A stretch of 64,000 nt of DNA from an uncultured virus (IMG/VR IMGVR_UViG_3300037245_004243) (Duplodnaviria; Heunggongvirae; Uroviricota; Caudoviricetes): the IMG/VR virus record IMGVR_UViG_3300037245_004243, positions 65,501 through 129,500 of that record, one strand, 5' to 3'. The position numbers and the translations under genes were made by a program. Below are positions 26,501-35,791 of this stretch, in pieces. Position 1 is the first letter of the stretch, and each line of letters begins with the position of its first letter. The notes under the pieces were generated by a model. That model was not told the origin of the DNA, did not search any database, and saw only the letters and a list, made by a program, of their open reading frames with translations.

Positions 26501-27865
26501 TTATTCAGGCAGGTTCTGAACGTCGATTGCATGGTAATAATCACCCGCGCCGAACAAGTTGTCAGCCACTCCATACCGAGTATGGAAGAATGTTCTTGGC
26601 TGGCCGTCTTCCTCGCCATAACCCTTTTTGATCTGAAGGGGAATATAAGGTGCGTAATAAATACCGGCATCGATCTCATTCGGACCCTTGTAACCAAGGT
26701 GCATTTTGTCGTCTGTGGCATAGATGTCAACGTAACAATCCATGTTCAGGGCCTTGCCAGCATAGCTGGTTTTAACCGGATCGACATTTTCTGTGGTCAG
26801 TTTGCCAGCCGCCTCGATTACGCTGAGGACGCCAGGGGAAACAATACAGAAGTTAGCCATACCGCGCCTATTGGTCACAGCAAGTTTTCTTTTCTGACGG
26901 GCAATGTGCGCCATCAGGGTCTGGTATTTTTCCATTTCCCATCTACCGGTCTCGCCAGCAGTGGTAGCATCGAAATCCCAGGATGTGGATGTTCCGGCTT
27001 TGGCCGCGATCAGGGCGATAAACTCGCGATTCATTTCCACGACGATCTCATCGGAGGCGATGGAGGTCAGAAGACGCTCGGCATTCATATTATGGATGGC
27101 CATAAGATCTTGCTCGAGTTCCTCAGTCCACTTGGCTTTCAGCTTTCTGGTCTTGGCCGTTACGGTCGCGGTCTCGATGTTGAAACCAACTTCCTTCATG
27201 GTCGTTGACAGATCTTCACCGGTTGCGGTGCTCATGGTTCCGGTATAGTTGCTGAAGATGATTTTCTGCAGGGCCTCATTGTCGTAAGATACAACAACCG
27301 AAGCCTCCTTTGCGTTAAAAGCGGCTGCATTGTCGATCTCGCCGGTATAAGCAATGTTCTTCGTGCCGGAGGTGATCTCGCAAAGCATGTTAGCGCCTTC
27401 GATGTGGCGAACTTTACCAGTCATCTCGTCGGCTGTAACGGAAAAATCGCCGCCAACGGTAAAGTCAGCAGTGGCTGCTTCATCCAAGGTGAAGATGATA
27501 CCAACTGCTCTGGTAATCGGGTTGACAGTGTCATTGTGAAAAGCCGCGCGAAGGGCGAAAATCAGGCCGGTCGGGCCGCTCATGGGCTGCGTTCCAAAAA
27601 TTGACATTCCGATCAGGGCTGGCATAACACGCCTCAGCATCGGGATCAGGATGGGCGAAAAGTCGCCAGTACCGGCAGCAGCGTTGGTCCGCTCTTTCAG
27701 CTCTTCAGTATTTTCAAGCAGTTGGGCGACAGTAGCATAATCCATATTGTCCAGTTTCGGACAAGTGGAGACAAAAGACTCCCATTTGCCGGTACCTTCC
27801 AGCAAGGGCATCCATTTGTCAAGCACTTCCTGCTCAACCGTAAAAGTTTCATACATTTTTTCCAT
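26501..27865 (-). CDS. gp23: Major capsid protein gp23
   Basis: PILIPMLRRVMP.LI...GTQPMSGPTGLIFALR; TAKTRKLKAKWT.EL.QDL.A.H; DAGIYYAPYIPL; QP...F.TRYG. Confidence 0.97.
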   Translation of the reverse strand: MEKMYETFTVEQEVLDKWMPLLEGTGKWESFVSTCPKLDNMDYATVAQLLENTEELKERTNAAAGTGDFSPILIPMLRRVMPALIGMSIFGTQPMSGPTGLIFALRAAFHNDTVNPITRAVGIIFTLDEAATADFTVGGDFSVTADEMTGKVRHIEGANMLCEITSGTKNIAYTGEIDNAAAFNAKEASVVVSYDNEALQKIIFSNYTGTMSTATGEDLSTTMKEVGFNIETATVTAKTRKLKAKWTEELEQDLMAIHNMNAERLLTSIASDEIVVEMNREFIALIAAKAGTSTSWDFDATTAGETGRWEMEKYQTLMAHIARQKRKLAVTNRRGMANFCIVSPGVLSVIEAAGKLTTENVDPVKTSYAGKALNMDCYVDIYATDDKMHLGYKGPNEIDAGIYYAPYIPLQIKKGYGEEDGQPRTFFHTRYGVADNLFGAGDYYHAIDVQNLPE

Positions 27866-27915
27866 TTTGGTTCTCCTTTAAGTTTTTCAAAAATATAAAT
27901 TAACTTGTCAAATGT

Positions 27916-27923
27916 TATTTACC
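27916..27923 (-). promoter_or_regulatory. Putative late promoter GGTAAATA for gp23
   Basis: TATTTACC on + strand about 50 nt upstream of gp23 ATG, no TATAAATA on the coding strand. Confidence 0.65.
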
Positions 27924-27938
27924 GTTTGAGCCTACCCT

Positions 27939-28664
27939 TTACGGTAAATAAATGTCGATTTGGGAATCACCATCGTTCTCATCGTTCTCGTCATGGTTGA
28001 CGCCCTCATTCAATGAATCGCCTTTGTTCTTGTTGGGGTCATCATTCTCGTCATTGGCGTCTTCGACTACCTTGGCGATCAAGATTTTGGTTTTCTCTTC
28101 GAAAGCCTCGACGTCCTCGGCATCAACACCTTCCAGCAGGTCCAGGACCTTTTCGGCATCGGTATCGGTAACATCAGATTCGGAAATCAGGCGTTTGAAC
28201 ATCAAAGCCTTTTCATATTCCAGAATCTGCTTTTGACTTTCAATGCCGCTGTTGATGGAATCATTCAGCTTTTCGTTGACCTTGGTAACTTTGCCTTCCA
28301 GATCGGCAACAACATCGGTCTCGCTTTCGGGAACAACGATGTATTGCTCTTTGAGCAGGGCCATCAGGCCTTTCATAACGGCCTCAGAAACGTTGACCTT
28401 GATATCAGATTCGATTGCCGGGATGTTCTCCTCGATGAATTCATCGACGGCCACTTTCGAGTATTCGGAAAGTTTGTCGACCAATTCAACCTTGAATTTG
28501 GCCATTTCGGTTTTATTGGATTCCTCAAGCTCGGTCTCTTTCTCAACGAGCGCCACTTTGACTTTCTCGTTAAGGGCCGAATCAAACAGGGTGCCGATTT
28601 CCGTGATGGCTTCATCAGATACCTGATCCTTGAAGTATTTTTCCAAGAGTTTCTTTAAATCCAT
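27939..28664 (-). CDS. gp22: Prohead core scaffold gp22
   Basis: Acidic coiled coil; LFDSALNEKV, LVDKLSEY...V.E...EN..AIES; between gp21 and gp23. Confidence 0.85.
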   Translation of the reverse strand: MDLKKLLEKYFKDQVSDEAITEIGTLFDSALNEKVKVALVEKETELEESNKTEMAKFKVELVDKLSEYSKVAVDEFIEENIPAIESDIKVNVSEAVMKGLMALLKEQYIVVPESETDVVADLEGKVTKVNEKLNDSINSGIESQKQILEYEKALMFKRLISESDVTDTDAEKVLDLLEGVDAEDVEAFEEKTKILIAKVVEDANDENDDPNKNKGDSLNEGVNHDENDENDGDSQIDIYLP

Positions 28665-28722
28665 TTGTTTCTCCTTTGAAAATTTAACGTTATATAAAAA
28701 TATGTTTTTCTTGCTATAAAGT

Positions 28723-28730
28723 TATTTACC
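28723..28730 (-). promoter_or_regulatory. Putative late promoter GGTAAATA for gp22
   Basis: GTTATTTACCGTTT identical to the context upstream of gp23. Confidence 0.65.
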
Positions 28731-28754
28731 GTTTTGAAAGAAATAAAACAATAT

Positions 28755-29264
28755 TTATTTCATTTCAATTTCGACCCTAAAACCTTTACCATCTTTTTCG
28801 GTACCGATATGTTTGATTTTGTCCATATCACCCTTCAGCGCTTCTTTATACCGTTTGGTTAATTCCTCGGAAGTCGTCCCTTCACCCACTTTATAGGTCA
28901 TGGTCACGAGTTTACCTTTGCGTTTCATCACGGGTTTAATTGGATCATCGGTACCATCGATCATAGAATCGAGAACGTGCTTGATGTTTTCAGACACCAT
29001 TGAACCAATGCTCAGGACTTTGCCGCCCTTCTGCATTATACGACCGGCAATTTTGTCCCATCCATTAAGAATGGTAACCGTGCTGTCATTATCCCATTTG
29101 AAATCTCGGTCAACCTTCATTTTACCGGCAGCAAACAAACTGTTAAGACGGCCTTTATCGTTACCGGAAACGGTAAGTTTCCGAGCTTTTTTCTCAGCGA
29201 GATTTTTTTGATGCTCCATGAGGTCTTCATATAGTTCATCAAATTTAATTGCTTTGTACGACAT
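28755..29264 (-). CDS. Hypothetical head-associated protein (leader-like MSYKAIKFDELYE)
   Basis: Between gp21 and gp22; several [ILV]xE sites. Confidence 0.5.
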   Translation of the reverse strand: MSYKAIKFDELYEDLMEHQKNLAEKKARKLTVSGNDKGRLNSLFAAGKMKVDRDFKWDNDSTVTILNGWDKIAGRIMQKGGKVLSIGSMVSENIKHVLDSMIDGTDDPIKPVMKRKGKLVTMTYKVGEGTTSEELTKRYKEALKGDMDKIKHIGTEKDGKGFRVEIEMK

Positions 29265-30145
29265 TACTCCTCCTCGGTATCAAGGATTTCAATTTTACCG
29301 CGCTTGAAAGCATCTTCTGCCGCCGCAAAATCATCCTCATTTTTGAATTTGTAATAATTGGTCCCATCCGTTTTGAATTTGACTTTCTCGTCCTTTAATA
29401 GGTCGAGGGCCTTTCTGGCATCACGAACAGCGACTTCAATTGCCCATTTTTCGTGGAGTTTAGCATTGCCGCTAATAGTGGCAATATATTGTTTAAATAA
29501 TCCGATGCAAACTTCATCTCGCTCCTTCTGAGATGATTTTTCCAGTGCATCCTTATATATGTCGATTTCTTCCGACAGATCTTTTCCAACCAATACCCCG
29601 TTCTGCCATACCCATTCCGCGCTCTCAAACACCGCATTTACAAATGCATGAGGTGCCGATGGATTAGTCACGATATCGCCCAGGGAAACGAGATGCAGAC
29701 TTTGCACAATTTTGGCACCACCGGACTCTTTAACATCCCCAAACCCACGCGAGGATATACCTAATTGAACTCCACCCTCTATCAGATTTTTTACCTGTTT
29801 TCCGTGAGTTGTATTTAAAACCAGTGCCTTTGTTCTGAAATTGTTAGCGTCTTCATTGACCTCGGTGAATCGATGGGATATCCGATCTGGATTGATTTCG
29901 GATGATTTTTCTATGGGGTGATTCAGCTCCCCAACTGCCCGGCCATACTTCATCATTTCATTGACGTGCTTGGTGATGGCCTCTCCTAATACATTCTTAG
30001 GATAAACACGTCCATTTTTATTTTTGATTTCACTTTGAAGGGTTACACCCTCGATGTACATGTCCCGCCGCTTTTTACCCTCATCAAGTTCAACAATATC
30101 CTCGGAGATGACGATATCTGCGGTTATTTCGCAAAGTTCCCTCAT
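29264..30145 (-). CDS. gp21: Prohead protease gp21 with C-terminal extension
   Basis: YIEG..LQSEIKNKNGRVYPK, A.GELNHP, ISH, LGISSRG.G, DIV.NPSAP.AFV. Confidence 0.95.
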   Translation of the reverse strand: MRELCEITADIVISEDIVELDEGKKRRDMYIEGVTLQSEIKNKNGRVYPKNVLGEAITKHVNEMMKYGRAVGELNHPIEKSSEINPDRISHRFTEVNEDANNFRTKALVLNTTHGKQVKNLIEGGVQLGISSRGFGDVKESGGAKIVQSLHLVSLGDIVTNPSAPHAFVNAVFESAEWVWQNGVLVGKDLSEEIDIYKDALEKSSQKERDEVCIGLFKQYIATISGNAKLHEKWAIEVAVRDARKALDLLKDEKVKFKTDGTNYYKFKNEDDFAAAEDAFKRGKIEILDTEEE

Positions 30146-30157
30146 AACGTCTCTCCC

Positions 30158-30481
30158 TTATCCCGGAAATTCGACCTTGGATTTGACCATTTTCAAATTG
30201 GCCTCTGCCTTCGATAGAGTTATTCCGGCTTGTTTCGGGTCCAGATTTGGTTTCTTTTTGGCAATCTCATAATTGGACTGAGCCTTGGCCACAGCTTTTT
30301 CAGCAGCCTCAAGATCGCTCTTGTCGAGTCTTTCCTGGACTTCGACCCCGGCCATATCCGCTGCAACCTTCTGAGTGATCTCGGCATGGGAATCGGAATA
30401 TATGGCGCTCATTTTACCCTTAAGACGACTGATAAAACCAACTGCATCGTCGGCTAAAGCTTGTTTTAATAGTTTATCCAT
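30158..30481 (-). CDS. Prohead core protein (gp67/gp68 position)
   Basis: Small helical protein between portal and protease. Confidence 0.5.
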   Translation of the reverse strand: MDKLLKQALADDAVGFISRLKGKMSAIYSDSHAEITQKVAADMAGVEVQERLDKSDLEAAEKAVAKAQSNYEIAKKKPNLDPKQAGITLSKAEANLKMVKSKVEFPG

Positions 30482-30513
30482 TGATTTTTCTCCTTGCTAA
30501 TTAAAATTGATGA

Positions 30514-30771
30514 TTAAGTTTGGTTGTCGGCTCCCGCGCTACCAAAACCGATGATGTTTTTCCCGGTCACTTTGACCTGGGTTTTGTCAAGGTGCAGTGC
30601 CAGAACGTAACTGTCGCCTGATACTGATACGACAACGCCGGAATCATCATTGACCTGTTTGCCTTTATTGGCCCTGGCCACGTCGTCCAGATTGAATTGG
30701 ACATTATCACCAACTTTATACTTTTCATCCAATTCCAGGGTCGACTCAAAAATGTCTTTTAGTTTCTTCAT
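30514..30771 (-). CDS. Putative capsid-targeted protein, SH3-like
   Basis: Leader MKKLKDIFE..LDE; YKVGDNVQF..GVVVSV. Confidence 0.55.
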   Translation of the reverse strand: MKKLKDIFESTLELDEKYKVGDNVQFNLDDVARANKGKQVNDDSGVVVSVSGDSYVLALHLDKTQVKVTGKNIIGFGSAGADNQT

Positions 30772-30808
30772 GAAATATTTTCTCCCTTAAATTTCGGTTT
30801 GTTAATTG

Positions 30809-30816
30809 TATTTACC
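30809..30816 (-). promoter_or_regulatory. Putative late promoter GGTAAATA
   Basis: TATTTACC at the end of the portal gene, upstream of the core/protease genes. Confidence 0.55.
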
Positions 30817-32546
30817 TATTTCTTAGGTTGCTCTTCCTTTTTTTCTTTAGGAGGTTCCTCTTTTTTGGGAGGTACTTCCTTTTTAGCAGCAGGTGGTGCA
30901 GCAGCCGGTGCTTCCGGTGCTTCTTCTTCCTCTTCAGGTGGTATGGTTGCATCTATTTCGGCCTGACGCTGTGCTTTTATATCATCCCCGACAAATTCCT
31001 CACCCTTATCTTCTTCCTTTTTAATCTGGTCTTGTTCATATTTGATTTCGTCATCGGTCATTTTGAATATGTTTTTCTGCACATATTCATTCGAGAAATA
31101 TTTACCGACATATTCGGCCAGTGCCTCGGCGGTCTCACTTTGATCCCGCAGCAGCTCGGTATCTTTCAATTCAGAATAATAACTGTCTTGATTCCACAAA
31201 AAATTGATATCATTGCGAAACTCATTCCAGTCTTTTTTCGTCATCACATTTTTATAAACAAGCTGTTTCTCAAGCAAATCCATAAAAAGCACCGTGAATT
31301 TGTATTGAAGGGAAGAGATAAATTTTGTGAATTTCAATTCTTTTCTGGACATCTCCCCGGATTGCCCGATGTTGATTGTCGTTTGCTCTTCCTCATCAAT
31401 ACGCTCGATAGGCACCTTCAGGGATTTATACAATTTCTTTTTGAAATATACGATGTCCCCGATCTCGCCCAACTGACTGCCGCCTTCCAGGGTCTCAATT
31501 TTCGTGCCCTTTTGATCGGCGTTAGTTGGAAGGTAATAATCTTGAATCATCGATAAAATGTTTTTCTTAGTCGATAACTGCCCGGTATTTGCATCATAAT
31601 ATATTTTTGATTTGAAGCCTCGAATGAGTTTTTTCACATAGGCGTCCGCTTTCTTTTTCGGCAATTTCCCAACATCAATGAAAAACACCCGCCGTTCAGG
31701 CGCCCGTGTGATCCGGTAAATTACCGCCGAATCTTCTAAAAGCCGCAACTGATTTAACGGTTTCAGGGATTTGTGCAGAGGAGAAATGTATATCCGGCCA
31801 GAATGATCTGTAATACCGGATGGCACAAAAGTAATCATCGATTCGGATATCAGGTAACCACTTTTCTCTTCGCTATCATCATATTTAAATTTTTCCAGAT
31901 TTCGAACATCTGCTACACCATCCAGGCGCCGCTCATTCTCTTTCCAGATGTAAGCATAATCACCTTTTAATTCCTGCTTATGCCTTTTAGCAAAATCCTG
32001 GGCTTTTTTATCAACTTTCAACCGGATGATATCAAAAGGTGATAGCAAGTTCAGCTTATGAATACCTTTTCTCTCATTTTTGTCGATTACGATTTGATAA
32101 TATAACCGACCATCGATATACCATTTTCGGAAAATGTCTGGCCCGGTATTATTGAAATTTAACAGATTGATGATTTCATCAAAGGCCGTTTTGATTTTCG
32201 TCTTTATCGTATTTGACTGTTCGAGAGAATCCAGATCGATATCAACGATGCCGTTGGCCTCTTTTACAATTGCTTCATTGACGATTTCATCGATGGCGTC
32301 ATCAATCTCAAAATTAACGGTTGAGCGCCGGTACATCGAAATGAGGTCATATGTAGTCTTGGCCCTGATTTCAAAATCAATCCCCCAGGACAATTGACCT
32401 ATACTAAAGGCGTCCGCTTCAGGTTCATCGGTATTTTTCAGTTCAACGACGTCATCTGGTAATTCTTCATTTTTGAATTTATCATCTGATTTTGGAATCA
32501 GGTTTGTCAGCCGCCCAAGTACTTGTTCTCTAAAGAAATTCGCCAT
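30816..32546 (-). CDS. gp20: Portal protein gp20
   Basis: EIDDAIDEIVNEAI, FRKWYIDGRLYY, NQLRLLEDSAVIYRITRAPERRVFFIDVGKLPK.KA, GT.IETL.GG. Confidence 0.97.
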   Translation of the reverse strand: MANFFREQVLGRLTNLIPKSDDKFKNEELPDDVVELKNTDEPEADAFSIGQLSWGIDFEIRAKTTYDLISMYRRSTVNFEIDDAIDEIVNEAIVKEANGIVDIDLDSLEQSNTIKTKIKTAFDEIINLLNFNNTGPDIFRKWYIDGRLYYQIVIDKNERKGIHKLNLLSPFDIIRLKVDKKAQDFAKRHKQELKGDYAYIWKENERRLDGVADVRNLEKFKYDDSEEKSGYLISESMITFVPSGITDHSGRIYISPLHKSLKPLNQLRLLEDSAVIYRITRAPERRVFFIDVGKLPKKKADAYVKKLIRGFKSKIYYDANTGQLSTKKNILSMIQDYYLPTNADQKGTKIETLEGGSQLGEIGDIVYFKKKLYKSLKVPIERIDEEEQTTINIGQSGEMSRKELKFTKFISSLQYKFTVLFMDLLEKQLVYKNVMTKKDWNEFRNDINFLWNQDSYYSELKDTELLRDQSETAEALAEYVGKYFSNEYVQKNIFKMTDDEIKYEQDQIKKEEDKGEEFVGDDIKAQRQAEIDATIPPEEEEEAPEAPAAAPPAAKKEVPPKKEEPPKEKKEEQPKK

Positions 32547-32549
32547 TAT

Positions 32550-33299
32550 TTATTTCCCTCGCCTTTTCACAGATCTAACTGCTGCTTTTGACGTTTTACG
32601 TCTGGTTGATTTAGTATGTTTAACTTTTGCTTTCGGGCTCTTCTTTTTCTTATCTTTGACGTGATCTTTCCACTTTAGCATCATCGCCGCAAAAACTGCC
32701 TTCTCCGATTTTTTGCGCCACTTACCAGGAATATTTACCGCTGCCGCTTTATAGTTTTCCCAATTAAAGACTGCGATATCGCTCTGAACATGGGATGTTA
32801 AATACCTGCGAATAATTAAATATGCATATCCTTTTGGTAATTGCAGTGAATTCCATGCCCGTTTTATTTGTGGATATGTTATGCGCTTTCTGTTTTTAGT
32901 TGCTCGTATAAGCCGGTCTGCCAATTGCAAACGTTTTGCCCAGGGTAGATAATGGATATTCAATCCCAAAAAACCATCCGGATATTTTGCCAAAAGTATC
33001 GGCATCGGTAGCACATCATAATAAGGTAGGGTGCTCGCATGTTTCGGGGAATATTTAAACATCATCGGAAATCCAAAATAAGCGCGTTTTATTTTGGATG
33101 GCTTTATTTTCGGGATTTTCTCACCATTATATAAGGTGTCAAATTGAGCCTGGAGTTCTCTCGGAAACTTCCGCTTACCACGGGAATAAAGTTCTTGTGG
33201 GAATTCAGACTTGGCTTTTGCGTTTTCCTTTGCCGCCCTGTCCTCAAATAAATTCTGGCCGCGAGGCCATCCCGCTGCATGTGCTGGATATTTAGGCAA
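32550..33299 (-). CDS. gp2: DNA end protector gp2-like
   Basis: F.YSPKH..TLPYYD.LP...GFLGLNIHYLP..R..L, IRRYL.SHV.S. Confidence 0.85.
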   Translation of the reverse strand: MPKYPAHAAGWPRGQNLFEDRAAKENAKAKSEFPQELYSRGKRKFPRELQAQFDTLYNGEKIPKIKPSKIKRAYFGFPMMFKYSPKHASTLPYYDVLPMPILLAKYPDGFLGLNIHYLPWAKRLQLADRLIRATKNRKRITYPQIKRAWNSLQLPKGYAYLIIRRYLTSHVQSDIAVFNWENYKAAAVNIPGKWRKKSEKAVFAAMMLKWKDHVKDKKKKSPKAKVKHTKSTRRKTSKAAVRSVKRRGK

Positions 33300-33483
33300 G
33301 AGACACCTTTAAAACTCGTTTAATCAGCTTTTTAAATCCCACCCAATCCTCCACTCGGATGATTTTCTCCATCGCTTTGATTTCCTGGGGAGTGGCCTTT
33401 TGATAAAATTCGGCCATCTCAGCAAATCCTATATTGCCGCCATATACCATTTCATTTAATATCCGAGTAAATGATTTTATCAT
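33292..33483 (-). CDS. Putative capsid-targeted internal protein
   Basis: Leader MIKSFTRILNE. Confidence 0.6.
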   Translation of the reverse strand: MIKSFTRILNEMVYGGNIGFAEMAEFYQKATPQEIKAMEKIIRVEDWVGFKKLIKRVLKVSLA

Positions 33484-33908
33484 CTAATAGATTCCCAGAA
33501 TTTTCCAAATTTTTGAATTGCTGACTCGGAAACCCTTAACGATTTTAAATATGGATCGATATAATATCCTTGAAATTTCAATAAGGAATGTCCGTTTACC
33601 GACATATCCGATATATCTTCGATCAAATTTTTGATTGGTTTCTGACTAAAGTTTTTGATAGCACCCGCAGCGATAAGCTTTTCTGATATCTTTTTCCATT
33701 TTCGCTCATCCCATTCAATAAATACGAGATCCTTATGCCACCAGAGCTCACCGGTCAGATTTTGTTTTGCCCATCTCACTGACATATGACATTGGAATGA
33801 GCCGTCAGGATCTTTACACCCTATGGCATAACTAAAAATGGAATCATAGACGGACTTGGCGATATCCTTTCCAAAGCCCTCATGCAATATATGTGCAAAG
33901 CCTTTCAT
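33480..33908 (-). CDS. Putative capsid-targeted internal protein
   Basis: Leader MKGFAHILHE. Confidence 0.55.
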   Translation of the reverse strand: MKGFAHILHEGFGKDIAKSVYDSIFSYAIGCKDPDGSFQCHMSVRWAKQNLTGELWWHKDLVFIEWDERKWKKISEKLIAAGAIKNFSQKPIKNLIEDISDMSVNGHSLLKFQGYYIDPYLKSLRVSESAIQKFGKFWESIR

Positions 33909-33909
33909 T

Positions 33910-34518
33910 TTAGTCCCGATCTTTTATATAATCGATGATTTTAACTTTGCCTTCATTTTTAGAAAACCATCTGTCAAAGGATTTTCGGGTTTTAAATGAT
34001 TTCATCCCAGTCCGGCCTTGGATATCGGTATAACTGACAATAACTTCAGCATCCGATTCGGACGGATTCATAGCACGGGCCTCGGTCATTCTTTTGAATT
34101 CTCTCTTGGCTTCGTTTTCCCTCTTGAAAGGTCCGCCGATAATGTTTTGATTTGTGTCATAAATATACCATGCGCCGCGCCGGTGATCTATAAAATCACC
34201 TTTCTCCTCATTCATATTCATTCCGGATCGTTTGAAAGCTATCATCGCGAGTTTCCTGGTCCTAAAGACTTTCAAATTTCCTTGCTGACCGAGGACGTGA
34301 TCTTTGGCTATAACAGACTGTTTGAATTTATCCCCGGCAATAACGACATGCTTGACTTTAAGCACACTGCCAATATTTAATTCTGTTCCACCGACTATTC
34401 TATATCGGGATAATGAACGTCCGTTTGAGCTCACCACATAAAAATTAAAACCAGCGATGAGATCCTCTTCCGAAATCGGCTGTTTGTTTTCCGTTAAAAT
34501 GTCGCGATATGATTTCAT
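33910..34518 (-). CDS. Putative capsid-targeted multi-module protein
   Basis: Leader MKSYRDILTE; internal MNE and MTE sites between small modules. Confidence 0.6.
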   Translation of the reverse strand: MKSYRDILTENKQPISEEDLIAGFNFYVVSSNGRSLSRYRIVGGTELNIGSVLKVKHVVIAGDKFKQSVIAKDHVLGQQGNLKVFRTRKLAMIAFKRSGMNMNEEKGDFIDHRRGAWYIYDTNQNIIGGPFKRENEAKREFKRMTEARAMNPSESDAEVIVSYTDIQGRTGMKSFKTRKSFDRWFSKNEGKVKIIDYIKDRD

Positions 34519-34736
34519 TTTTTTACCCCATCGTTGTATCCCTTGGCATAAGCAATATCCAACAGATCTTTTGATTTTGGTTTTATTTTGCCAGATTTGC
34601 CGCGAGCATCGGTTTGCCCATCTTCATAGGCATCATCCAGGTCTTCTTTAGACGGGCCGTCCGCCGCCTTAGTGCGCATCACGTTGACCTCACTGATATA
34701 TTTTTCCATTTCCCATCGGGTTTTTCCAGTTTTCAT
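34515..34736 (-). CDS. Hypothetical protein, leader class TRWEMEK
   Basis: MKTGKTRWEMEKYISE; AYEDG/AYAKGY repeats. Confidence 0.55.
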   Translation of the reverse strand: MKTGKTRWEMEKYISEVNVMRTKAADGPSKEDLDDAYEDGQTDARGKSGKIKPKSKDLLDIAYAKGYNDGVKK

Positions 34737-35351
34737 TTATTTTTTACCTTTCCAACCGACCAATTTTCCCTGATTAATCAGCGCGTCTGCGACATCGGCG
34801 CCCTTTTGGGTCAGGAGATAATTTACATCATACAGATCATCGGAATATTTTTCTTTTCCTTTTTTAGATCTCAATAAGCCCTTTTTGACGAGCTTGTCTA
34901 AACTTTTGTCGCCGCCACGCGCATTGAGACCGGTACCGACAGAGTATTTCCCGTCCGCGCCGCCAGTGATACTTTTGACGAATGAGCTAAAATCCATTAT
35001 ATGGTATCCGCTCAAATTGATTGTGGTCTCTGCCAATTCCAAACTTACGGATTCTGGAATTGAGATTTTTAACTGTTTCATTTTCTTTTGCACTTTTGCC
35101 AGCAATTTCTGTGGGACATCGTCTTGATCCGTTACCTCGAAAGGTGGCATTGCATTTGTAATCGATCTTTTCCCGGCAATCATCCGGTCGTCATCGATTG
35201 TAATACCCATCCATCCCTTTTTGGTTTGTTGGGTTAAAAGGGCATATTCGTTTTCGTCGCTCCTTCGCTGAACTACCCACATCCCAACCCGCCAGTTATT
35301 ACCCTCGGAAAGGTCAAGAACTGATTCAAATATTTGTTTTATTGTTTTCAT
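34737..35351 (-). CDS. Putative capsid-targeted two-module protein
   Basis: Leader MKTIKQIFE..LSE; internal IPESVSLELAE; C-part with winged-helix-like LVKKGLL..YLLTQKG. Confidence 0.6.
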   Translation of the reverse strand: MKTIKQIFESVLDLSEGNNWRVGMWVVQRRSDENEYALLTQQTKKGWMGITIDDDRMIAGKRSITNAMPPFEVTDQDDVPQKLLAKVQKKMKQLKISIPESVSLELAETTINLSGYHIMDFSSFVKSITGGADGKYSVGTGLNARGGDKSLDKLVKKGLLRSKKGKEKYSDDLYDVNYLLTQKGADVADALINQGKLVGWKGKK

Positions 35352-35791
35352 GGTAAATCCTTTTCAGTGAGAATTATAAATTTCTGGCCTTTCTTTGTAG
35401 CATATGCGGCTGCAGCCTTCCATTTATTTAAATTTTTGATATATTCAAATACCTTTTGCTGATATGCCTGGGTCTTCCTGTTTTGCTGTGCGGGTTCTCT
35501 GGTAAAGGGAAATGGCTTTATTTCGACGAGATATTCTTTAACGCCATTTTTACCTTTAACTTTTAGCCATGCATCCACGAAATATCTATGCAGATGACCA
35601 TCCAAATCAGAAACATATGGGACGACGACTTCTTCTGAATTCCACCTCAATATCACTTTATTAAGGTCAAAAAATCTGAAAAACTTTAATTCCAGGCCAC
35701 TCCGGAATACAATTTTATCAACATTCCCTTTATATTTTTCGGGATACCTCGGCTTATACCAACCTTGATATAACGTCTTTTGGTTATACAC
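35348..35791 (-). CDS. gp4: Head completion nuclease gp4
   Basis: YQG.YKP.YPEKYKG....IVFRS.LE, W.SEE.V.PY, HRYF.D, LVEIKP, N..KW.AA, F.ILTE. Confidence 0.92.
   Translation of the reverse strand: MYNQKTLYQGWYKPRYPEKYKGNVDKIVFRSGLELKFFRFFDLNKVILRWNSEEVVVPYVSDLDGHLHRYFVDAWLKVKGKNGVKEYLVEIKPFPFTREPAQQNRKTQAYQQKVFEYIKNLNKWKAAAAYATKKGQKFIILTEKDLP

Noticed and set aside
26468-27208. 246-aa plus-strand ORF antisense to gp23 (also 6009..6842, 30828..31556 and many shorter antisense ORFs)
   Set aside because: Shadow ORFs opposite well-supported genes with biased codon usage; no RBS or recognisable motifs.
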